This document shows positions 13,049 through 25,000 of a stretch of DNA of 64,000 nt, one piece after another. The position numbers and the translations under genes are program-made. This stretch comes from Takakia lepidozioides (lineage: Eukaryota > Plantae > Bryophyta), in NCBI GenBank assembly GCA_030704615.1, contig CM060734.1:7750001-7814000 (forward strand). The letters run 5' to 3'. How positions within the stretch are numbered: position 1 is the stretch's first letter; every line of letters begins with the position of its first letter. Below the pieces are notes generated by a model that was given only the letters and a program-made list of their open reading frames with translations, was not told the DNA's origin and made no database searches.

Positions 13049-16000
13049 GGTGAGGGCTTCGAAAGTTATGAAGGTGCCTGTGAGACCTACTACCTAATTG
13101 ACTTCATATGGCTTCATATGACTTCATACTGAAATGGTAGACACTCTGAGCCTTGATGACCTAACACTTAGTCTTTCCCAAAAGCATCCTAGGCTTTAGG
13201 GTGGTTCTTAGCCACACATCGTTGAAATTGCTTTCAGACAAACTTATAAAACTATATGTGCATTATCGTAGTTCACTTATGGGTGTTTTTCTGACAGAAG
13301 ACCTTCATAGTTTGAGAACCTACAAGAGACAATACAAAGCAGGGAGGCTCCACTTTGTATTTGGATATGACTGCAAAAGCAGAAGAAAAGTGTAAATTGA
13401 AAGTAATTGCTGGTAACTGGAGATGGAGGGAGGATATAAGCGTATGAAGAGAAATATATTACCCATTGTAGCCAAGGTCTGCAGCAGCAGCTGCAGTGCG
13501 CTGGGCCCGCTTACCCCTTGTGGATAGAAACACCAGCAGATTACCCCTACCAGGTTTCTTTATGGCAGGAAATCTGTTCTCCCAATCGGCTGCAGGGAGC
13601 TGCAAACAAGCTCTAACCTCCGTTTCTACATCCATCCACACGCACAGTTGTATTCTTCACAACTCTTTCTCGGAACGATCACATCATCTTAGAATTGAAA
13701 TCCCTGTCTGTCTCTCTCAACTTTAGTTTGAACAGACAGGGAACTTGGCACATGTTCCAACATGCTGTGCAGCTGTGTGTCTGCGTCTCTCTCTCTCTCT
13801 CTAATACTTTGAAAGCAGCACATATCTGTTTCTTCTATTTCTCTTCGGAGAAATTTGATTGTCTATTCTGGATTATCCTTTCTTATGCCAAAGTGGAATT
13901 AGGGTTTTGTGCCTCCCATTATCTGCTACTACTACATACATGGTCTGGGAAAACAGAAAGGAGAATGGTACTTCCGTGCAGGTTCCTAATGACCCAACAT
14001 GACATTTGGCGAACTAATCTTTGATATCTTGTGCTAGGTCCTGTAGCAGCAGCATACTGGAGTATATGTGAACACCTTCTACATGATCCAGTCAATGTAC
14101 ATTGCTCTTCTGGCTGGTCTACTGTAGCCGATGCCTTGTGTCAGAATTAGGAAACCTAAAAATGAGAACAAAGTTAGTGCCAACCACTTGACTCTTGATG
14201 AAGTCGAGTCACTGGCACTCCTTAATTCCAGCCACTTGACTCTAAGAAGTCAAATTAGTGGTAACGTTCTATCAGCTGCTAGTATGCACCATATGAACAA
14301 GGGAAGTATGACAGAAACAGTACTTCTGTCACAATCTTTTGACCAAGAGAGGCCTCTGGAATTTCTTCTCGGCTTCATCATTCTGAGGTACCAGTGGCAT
14401 TGGCTCCAGCTTTGCTGAAGATATCGTAGCCTCTTTCTACTCAAACGCTTCGGGTGGTGGTGGCTAAGTGATCTGCTCCTATGACTCCCTTGCATGGTTG
14501 TACACAAGTGGGGTTTATGCTCTGATATTGGACATTATACTTACTGGTTCACTTTGGAACCCAAGAGGACCTGCCATTCACCTGGCACATCCTCACTAAC
14601 CCACATCATACACTTGTGGTGCTTTCTGGGACGGGTGCAGGTGAGGGCCTCTCTTCTTCTCTGGCTTTTTGGGTTTGTGTCTGAAATCACAGAGCTGGAT
14701 ATGGAGTTGTCTTGCAGATATGAGAAGGTTGCTTACTTGCAGTGAGCAACTAATGTTATGGTGCCACTACTTAGGAGAGGACTTCAGGAAGGAATAATGC
14801 CTTCTCCAGGGATCCAACCTAGACTCTGAGAGTTTTTCAATCTGCTAGGTCAGTGATGTAGTGCAGAGTCACCAAGAGGGCTGCGGCCAGCAACCTCGCC
14901 TTCATTGTGTTGGTCGAGCTCCCTATGCAGTTATACGGAAGCCATGGCTTGTTTGTTGACACGAACAGGAAGTTACACTCAGCCCTTATATGTGCTTTGC
15001 AATTACTTGGTGTTGTGTGAACGGATATGCGCAACATCACAGACTGGTCTGCCTCAAACTTTCAAGGTTCTATGCAATGTCACACCTTTACTATTACTCT
15101 TGCAATCTTTCACTTGCTTAGATCTGCATGATGGACAGCGATAGCAAGCATGAAGACCTGCTACTCACCTCACGCATCCTCTCTAACACACATTCTGCTG
15201 GATCTGGTGGTTTTTGGGACGGGCGCAAGTGAGGGTCCTTCACCTTTCATGGGTCTCTAAGCTTGACAACAGCCTCATGTTTCTGAGGGAAGTATTTTAC
15301 GGAAGTAATCTACCCTTGGGATCTGATACCAGAGGGTTTTGAAGACCCGTCTTGACTTGGATCAATCTCAGTTTACAGCCCAGCGGAGTGGTTTCATTTG
15401 AATACTGTGTTTGTTTTGTTTTAAGACATGGCAGTACACCCCATTCGGGCAATGGTGGAAGACTTGGATTTGTCTCAGTTTTGAGATATGTGATTTTCAG
15501 GGAACTATTTGTGTTGACGCTACTTTGATGAAACCAAATTATCCTCATAGAGAAGTACTAAGCTCAGACATTTACTGTGGATAGAGATCTCTATGGTTTT
15601 AAGCAGGCACCGGTTTGCTTTAGTAAAGGCTAAGGCTAACTTGGAGATCACTGACCTACAGTCCACATGCTAGCCCACATGCTAGTCCTCAATTTCGGTT
15701 TCTGGAAATCCCTGTATGACAGTACAGTGAATATGAATATTGTTCAGTATGATGACTGTCGCTATCAAAAGGTGGTTTTTGGAAGGGATTCTAACAAACC
15801 CCACCACCCACCCCAATCACCCAGAAGTGTGAAAAGAATCAGGAGCTGTGGTTTAGGAGAAGGGTGATGGTGCCTTGCAATGCAAGGCTGTTTTGTCCTG
15901 GTTTTTTTCAAGAAAATTCTGATCTGGTCAAGTCCTGACAGATCCTTGTTGTGACAACACAAGCCCTATCTCTACTCTCCGTGCTCCCTAGGAAGCCTAT

Positions 16001-19000
16001 TTTCAGTGGGTGGACTTGATATGGAAGTAGATAAATGTCTCTGTGACTAAATGCCAGCCTTGTGACATTGTGTCTTTGTTTGTTTCGACCTGAAGCACTC
16101 TGCTTTGGGTAAGGTAGTACACTGGATTTAGTTGGAGAGACTGGGGCCTCTCACTCTTTGAATATGTCTACGCAGGCCATTCCCTGCGGCTCCTTTGGAA
16201 TGACGATCTCTGGATGGCAACAAGCGGACCCCTACCGCTTTGGATGCAGCCCCTCCGCTCAAAGTGGGCAGTTGTATGCTCAGTCTGGCATGTTCGGCAC
16301 CTGGGCTAGGGTTTGCCCTTGTGCTTGAACATCTAGCCTGCTAATTTTGAAAATTCAAATACCGTCCATACTTCCGAGGGTGATTCCTTGAACCTGGGAT
16401 GCCAAAGCTAGAGTTTCATGTGTAGTTTTTGGGGTGAATCCCAGGATGGACGATGTGTGATTTAAAAGTACTTGCTCAAATTTAGGCTTGGATCATGTGA
16501 ATGCACCATCTAAAGGCTTTGTATCAGAGGTGCATTGGAGGTGACAATGCCTGATAATGCTACAAGTAGAGATTCACTTCAAACTACTCTCAGAGAAGTT
16601 TGACCCCTGACTGGTTGGAGAGCAGTCGTAGACATTGGTGATTGTGGACTTTAAACTGGACGTTTCCAATTCGTCTGAAGCCCTGCCCCAGAAATTGCAG
16701 ACATACCTATGTCTGCAGGGATTGATCAACGAGCGAAAGAAGGGTATGGCATGCTCAATGGCATGCCAATCCTTAAAGTCTATGCGAGACGATCAAAGCC
16801 TACATGCAATGGAAGAGACCCACCAATGCAGAATTGCAGGGTGTCTAGGGGAATTCAAAAGCCACCTAAAGCCTACATGCAATGGAACAGACCCACCAAT
16901 GCAGAATTGCAGGGTGTCTAGGGGAATTCAAAAGCAACCTAGATGACATACAATTTGTATGGAAAAAGCTGGTCTACGGCTGGGCACCTTCAACTTCTGT
17001 GAGCTAACCAAAGGAAACAATTTGAAGTGGGAAAAGTTCTTCAAGCAAATGCATTCACATTTACGCAGGGCAGTAGATGTGGAAACCTCCAGACAAGCTG
17101 GTTGGGGATGTCGGTGGATATAAATGGTTCGGTAAGATGTGTGCTCTCAAGGCTGCCTCGGCTAAGCGTGAAAGGTGTGGGATTCTTTGTCCGTGATTTC
17201 CTATGTGATAATTGTGAAATCATCAGCAAGGAACTTCGGTATGAACATAGTATCTGGTGGAGACTGAAATTCAACGGCGGTGCGAGGACTATGGACCTCT
17301 TTGTGGGATGTGTGTACATGCCTACCTAGGAAACCCTTAGTGTTGACACCAATAAAGCCTTTGAAGATGTCAAGCTGGATTGTGCTAAGTTCCTCACCAA
17401 AGGCCATATGTTCTTGTTAGGGGACTTTCAGGCCCAGGTGGGAAAGGGTCTACAACAAGAAGATGTCACCGGGCTTTTTGGTGAGGATGAGCAGAGTTCA
17501 AATGGTAAACGACTTACCAAATTGATGGTATAACTTCAGCGTCTGACCTTGAACAATAGGTCCATAGAAGACCCTTTGCAGTGGACTCGTGAAAAAGCCC
17601 AAACTGGGGAACGGTCCATTGTTGATTATCTCGTCCTGGATAAGGAGTTGTTTCCCCAGTGTGCCAAAGTGGCGGTTGATAGAACCGATATTGGATCTTC
17701 TGACCACTTTCTTGTATGGAAAGGTGTTTTCCACCAAGAGATCTGTGAAACGTTCGACTCGAAAGTGGCAGATAGAAAATTTCCAGAAGGCAGAGGTTCA
17801 GACCAGTGTTGGCCGGGTACCATGTTTTGAGCCCTCTTCCGGTCCCGGTTATAGCCTACTCTTTGAAAAAAATGGAGGGCCGGGGCAGGGTATACCAATA
17901 GGTTTAAAAAACATCTCGGTTACAGGTTCTCATTAAACAAATGAATTTTTTTTTGTCCGGTTCTCAATCTACCGGTTATGTCATCTTAAAAAATGCCGGT
18001 TCCATGGTACCGGTTATGGGATTCATCCATTTTTTTTTTAAAAACTTTTTCTAGACTTTTTGTGTATGTGTGTAAAACTACACAAAGAGGGATGTGGCCT
18101 GGTGGTAAGCCACTCGTCTGTTGGCCTATGGATCTGATTTTCAAATGTTCAACCCCTGTCATCTATCTCTGGGGGCTCTGCCCTTGTAATACACTAAGCT
18201 TACAGCTTACAACTATTATTTTAGCCAAATGCCCAACTAATTAATTTCCTATCTACTTGGACATTCTCCCTAACCATTGTAAATGTATTGTAACTAGTAA
18301 GACATAACATTCCCCTCAGGATCTGTCCATCTGTAATGTTCTTAATTACCATCATCAACCCCCTACATGTATTATCTAGAACCGCCTCTACGACATCCAC
18401 ATTTGTTCCGGATCTTGCTCCGGGTATAACATCCTTACAATCACGATGCCGGTTCTCTAGCCGGTTAGGAAGCTCGATGGCTTTTGCCGGTTCCCTTCCA
18501 TAGCCGGTTCCTACTGGGGCTACACTTTCCGGTTGTGCATATGTGCATAACCGGCAAATAACTGCCGGATGTGCATGTCCAGATGCCATACCCAGCCAAC
18601 ACTGGTTCAGACAGATTATGTCCAGACCTTAAATGAGGCCCTCCCACACTTGATCCAATCACTTCCAAGACCTCTCTTCTTGCTTAGGTGATGCAAGAAG
18701 CAAAGTTGAAAAAACTCTGCATTCTTGGGAGAGTTTCATTACCTCTCTGGCTGAGAAGATCATTGGGACGAAATTAGTTGTCTGCAGTAAATTGGTGGAC
18801 CAATGAATTCAAGCTCAAGATTGCTGAGAGACGGGCACTTTATAAAGACTGCTGTAATAGAAAAAACGACAAACATCTGTCGTCTAGATACTTGCGCAAA
18901 GATGTTAACCAGCTTGTAAGAGCTCAGAAGAAAGCTTACTGGGAAAAGTTGTACCAAGACATCAACTTGAACCACCATGGTGGTAATGATTGTGTTACGG

Positions 19001-22000
19001 TCAATGGACAGAAGTCTAATTTCTTTGAAATTGACCAAGGTGTAGCACAAGGTTGTACCCTCTCCCCACTGCTCTTCAATATTTTCATTAGTCAGCTTCT
19101 TGAAGACGTGGAAAGTGAGGGATTTGGACTAAAGGTGGGTGATGTCACCATACCAGCTCTTATGTTTGCAGATGACTTCGCAGGCCTAGGGGATACCCCA
19201 TCCAATCTCCAGGAGTTGATTGATTGTGCGAAGAGGTTCTTTGACCTGTGGAGGCTAGAAGCTAATGTTAGTAAATGAGGGTGGCACTCAACGACCGTGG
19301 GGATGGAGGAGGGGATCTCAAATGGACATGGGGCGACGAAGAGATTCCTGTACTCCCTTCCTACACTTATCTTGGTGTTGAGTTTTCCTCCAACTCTAAC
19401 TGGGATGTGCATATACAAAGAGTGATTCGATCAGCTAAACGCAAAGTTTTGGGTCTCGCTAGATTTTTTCACAGCAGAGGGATTAACACTGAAGTTAAGA
19501 AAGACCATGCTTTGTAATGTTATAAGGCTGGCCTTGGAGTACGCATCTGCGGTGTGGGTCGACAACTCCAACCATGCTAAATCCCTAGAATCCATTCAAG
19601 CTGCGGTGCTCAAAGAAAGCATGTCAGCTTGTTCTAGAACAGCTGATGTGGCTGTTCCGGCTGAGTTTGGCATACCTCCCTTAAGCTCTCGACGTAATGA
19701 ATTCAAGGTCAGATGGTGGGGTCAGTTGAACCGCATGCCTAATACCAGATACCCTAAGATAATTGAATTTATTTCTTGGAAGCAACCTGTTAAACAGGCC
19801 AAGTCTTGGCGAAGAAAAGTAGATGTGATTTTCAAGTATCTGAATATCAGTCCTGATGAATTGACCTTACTGGATGAAGCTGAACTGGGGGGGGTTGTGT
19901 CCAAAGTCATGTCTGAAGCCCAAAGACTGTCCGATGAAAATGAAGTTAGGCATAAAACTTACCTTAACATGTTTCCAGTCTGTAATATGGGCAAGGACCT
20001 TAAGGATGATCTCAAGGGCCTACCTACCCTTGGCACTAGACTGACATTTCAACTCAGGGCGGGAAGCCTACCTTTGAACAGTAAACAAATGCAGAGAGGA
20101 AGAGGAGATTGTAATTGCCCGATGTGTGGGCAACCCGAAGACAATATCCATTTTCTGATACACTGTCCGGGATATTCTCACCAGACAGTGACCCTCTTCA
20201 CGACAATCAAGAACATTGTCTCAGCACCTCTGTTCACCAACTTCAAAATCTTGGGGCTGAGCCCAAAGCCCTGGGCCTGTTGGGGTCCAACTTTTGGGCT
20301 GCTCACACAGCAAACTGATGCTTGTGTGAAGGGCTTCCCAGATGATATCTGGAAAGCCCGAACTAATTGTTTGTATCACGGTGAGTCATACTACCAGAGT
20401 GAGCCCATCACAAAGGTAGTTTCCGGTCCCTCTTGTTCCCCCCATCTGGGCAGGGGGTCTATAGCAACAAGGCTACGGCAAACAAAGTCTTATGGGTACA
20501 TCTCTATCTCTCTCTCTCTCTCTCTCTCGCTCTCTGTGGTAGCAGTGGTAGCATTCAACGACAGAGAGAGGGAGGAAGTGATCTTAAGTGGCAGTGGGGT
20601 AGCCAAGAGATCCCGGTCCTCCCTTCCTACACTTACCTGGGCGTTGTGTTTTCCTCCAATTGTAATTGGGATGCACATATCCGGAAAGTTGTTCAAACTG
20701 GAAAGGGCAAAGCTCTGGGGCTCACTAAATTTTTCCACTGCAGAGGGGTCAACTCTGAGGTTAAGAAAACCATGCTTTGTCGCGTTATTAGACCTGCCTT
20801 GGAGTACGGATCTGCAATATGGGTTGATAACTCCAACCAGGCTAAGTCTCTAGAATCCATTCAAGTGGGGGTGCTTAAGGAGTGTATGTCAGCATGCTCC
20901 AAAACAGCCAATGTTGCTGTTCGGGGTGAGTTTGGCATTCCGTCCTTAAGCTCCCGACGAGATGAATTCAAGGTCAGATGGTGGGGTCAGCTGCAACATA
21001 TGCCCAACACCAGATATCCTAACCATGAGTGTTGGGTGGCAAAGCCAGAGGCCCCAAAAATGCAGTCTCTAGGGTGGGGGCTGGCAAATGATTGGATGTT
21101 ATCGACTCTATATCTTGGAAACAGGACCGCCCTGTCAAACAGGCTAAGTCCTGGCAGAAGAGAGTAGAAGAGATTCTCAAGGACCTGGACCTGGAGCCGC
21201 AAGTCTTGACCCTGCTGGATAAATCTGACTTAGAGGCTGTAGTATCCAAAGCCATGTCTGTTGCCATGAGATTGTCTGATGAAAATGAAGTTAGGCAGAA
21301 AACTTCCCTGAACTTGTTTCCAGTCAGTGACATAGGGGAGGACATCTTGGATGACCTCAAGGGTCTACCCACTCTCGGCACTAGACTGAAATTTAAACTC
21401 AGGGCAGGAAGCCTACCTTTGAACAGCAAACAGAAGCAGAGAGGAAAGGGAGAGTGCAATTGCCCGTTGTGTGGGCAATCTGAAGACAGTATTCATTTTC
21501 TGATACACTGTCCGGGGTTCTCTCACCAAAGAGACGCTCTCTTCAAATCTATCAAGGGAATTGTGCCTGTACCCCTGTTTACCAACTTTGAAAGTCTCGA
21601 GGCTGAGCCAAAAGCCCAGGCCCTCCTGAGGCCTAGTTTTTGGGCAAATCACACACAGCAGATTGATGCTGTGAAGGGATTTCTAGAGGATATCTGGAAA
21701 ACCCGGATTAATTCTATATATGAAGGTAAGTCTTACTACCAACGTCAGCCCCTGACAAAGGTAGGTTCTGTCCCTTTTGTTCCCGCTCAAACTGGGCATG
21801 GGGTCAATGGCCACAAGGCTACGGCAAACAACGTCTTATGAAACAATCTCTCTCTCTCTCTCTCTCTCATCTCCTGACAGAGGTAGTTTCTGTCCCTTAG
21901 TGTTCCGCTCAAACTGAGCGCGGGGTCAATGGCCACAAGGCTACGGCAAACAACGTCTTATGAGTACATTCTCTCCAATACTTTTGAAAGCAGCACATAT

Positions 22001-25000
22001 CTGTTTCTTTCTGCTAAGACAAAAAGGAGAATGGTGCGTCTGTGCCCGACCAGGGGAACATCTGTCCCCTCTGCTAATGGAAGTCGAAGAATACAACCAA
22101 GAGCAATAAAGTGACAAATCATGGAGAACTTTTCTTGCGAGTGAAGAATGATGAGACATGCACCCTCAGGGGGTTCATAGTATAAAACAAGAAGTTCATC
22201 AAAAAACTAGTGCATAACTTATGGAAATAACCAGAGGACGTGCTGAGCACAAGATAGAGATAGGTCGCAAGGACAAAAAGCAGACAGAAACTCGAAGGAT
22301 GGATAATGACCAAAAAAGGGCTGACACGCCTCAAACAGTTAGAATGAACTCATAAGACGTTGTTTGCCGTAGCCTTGTGGCCATTGACCCCGTGTCCAGT
22401 TTGAGCGGAACACAAAGGGACAGAACCTACCTTTGTCAGGGGCTGACGCCGGTAGTACGACTTACCTTGGAATAAACAATTGATCCGGGTTTTCCAGATA
22501 TCCTCTAGAAATCCCTTTCCACAAGCATCAACCTGCTGTGTGTGGTTTGCCCAATAACTAGGCCCCAAAAGGGCCTGGGCTTTTGGCTCAGCCTCGAGAC
22601 TTTCAAAGTTGGTAAACAGAGGTACAGGCACAATTCCCTTGATAGATGTGAAGAGAGCGTCTCTCTGGTGAGAGAACCCGGGACAAAGAATCAGAAAATG
22701 AATATTGTCTTCAGGTTGCCCACACAACGGGCAATTGCACTCTCTCTTTCCTCTCTGCTTCTGTTTGCTGTTCAAAGGTAGGCTTCCCGCCCTGAGTTTA
22801 AATTTCAGTCTAGTGCCGAGAGTGGGTAGACCCTTGAGGTCATCCATGATGTCCTCCCCCATGTCACAGACCGGAAACAAGTTCAGGGAAGTTTTCTGCC
22901 TAACTTCATTTTCATCAGACAATTTCCTGGCAACAGACAACAGCCTCCAAGTCAGATTTATCCAGCAGGGTCAAGACCTGCGGGCTAAGATTCAGATCCT
23001 TGAGAATCTCTTCTACTCTCTTCCGCCAGGACTTAGCCTGTTTGACAGGGCAATCCTGCTTCCAAGATATAGAGTCACTTAACTTAGGATATCTGATGTT
23101 GGACATATGTTGCAGCTGACCCCACCATCTGACCTTGAATTCATCTCGTCGGGAGCTTAAGGAAGGGATGCCAAACTCACCCCGAACAGCCACATTGACT
23201 GTTTTGGAGCATGCTGACATGCACTCCTTAAGCACCTCCACTTGAATGGATTCTAGAGACTTAGCCTGGTTGGAGTTATCAACCCATATTGCAGATGCAT
23301 ACTCCAAGGCAGGTCTAATAACGCGACAAAGCATGGTTTTCTTGACCTCAGAGTTGATCCCTCTGCAATGGAAAAATATAGTGTGACCCAGCGCTTTGCG
23401 CTTGCCAGTTTGAACAACTTTCTGAATATGTGCATCCCAATTACAGTTGGAGGAAAACTCAACGCCGAGGTATGTGTAGGAAGGGAGGACCGGGATCTCT
23501 TGGCTTCCCCACTCCCACTTGAGATCACCTCCTCCCTCTCCTCAGTCGTTGAATGCCACCACTGCACATTTACTGATGTTAGCCTCTAGCCCCCAAAGGT
23601 CAAAGTATCTCTTTGCACAATCAATCAACTCCTGGAGATTGGAAGGAGTCTCCCCTATGCCTGCAAAGTCATCCGCAAACATATGGGCTGGTATGGTGGC
23701 ATCACCCACCCTTAACCCAAATCCCTCACTTTCCACATCCTCGAGGAGTTGATTGATGAAAACATTGAAGAGCAGAGGGAGAGGGTACATCCTTGAGCTA
23801 CACCTTGGTCTATGTCAAAGAAGTTAGACTTCTGTCCATTAACAGTGACACAACTTTTGGTGTGAGCATACAAGTTATGGACAAATCTCCACATATTTCC
23901 CTTGATCCCACATGACCAGAGTCGGAGCCATAGACTCCACAGTGTCATAAGCCTTTTTGACATCCAAGAAAAAAACAAAAGTGGGTTTCCATTCTTTTTT
24001 CCTTCCCTGCATAATCTGGCTTAGATATGATCCACACAGGCCCTGTTTCGCCGAAAGCCAGCTTGGCCTTCGTGGAAACAACCTCTTGATTCCAGATCAA
24101 CCTCGAGACGAGTACTTATAACTCTGCAAAATATCTTGCCAACTGCATTGAGGAGTGTGATGCCTCGGTAGTTCCCCGGTTCTTCTCTGTCACCCTTCTT
24201 GTATAGAGTGACAATGACCCCCTGTCGCCAGCGAAAGGGGCTCATTTCAGTCCTCCAGACAAGATTAAAGAGAAGTACAAGGGCCTCTATCACGGGATCG
24301 CCGCCGTGCTTGATAAGCTCGTTGACTATGCCATCAGGTCCACCAGCTTTATATCCGTTTAAATGCGCAATCGCTTCCACAATCTCAGAAGAACTAATGG
24401 GAACGTTGTAAGCCTTTGAAATATACTCCAATTCATCAGGGCTGTCTTGAATCATAGGAACAGTTTTCCAACTGTGTCCTTCCATTATTCAGAGGACCCC
24501 TCAGTGTTAGACCTAGGAATTTCTGCCAAGGATACTGTAGGGGGTTTCAAAGGTTTTGACAATGTCGACCGTTGAAGTACCCACTGCACCCTTAGCAGTG
24601 CTCAGCACTTGTACTTGCTGACAGTTTTTTGGCTTTGTACAAACGTTGAAGGGCCAACCAGAATCTCTTGTCATTACCACCATGGTGGTTTGAGTTCATT
24701 TCACTGTATAGCTTGTCCCAGTATAATTTCTTCTGAGACCTTACAAGGTGATTCATATCTTTGCGGATCTGGTAGTACTTAGCCCACAATTCTTTGTTGA
24801 TTTTCAAATTGCAGCACTCTTTATAGAGGACTCGTCCCTCAGCTATCTTGAGTTTAATCTCATTGGTCCACCAATTAACAGCTCTACCGCAGACAATTAG
24901 TTTCCTCCCAATGATCTTGTCAGCCACAGAGAAGACGAAACTCTCCCAAGAATCCACTGCTCTTTCAACTTCATTTCATGCATTGCCAGAGCGAGACTGA

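Noticed and set aside
16797-16935. Tandem duplication of about 70 bp
   Set aside because: A local duplication within a decayed LINE 5' region with no sign of independent function.
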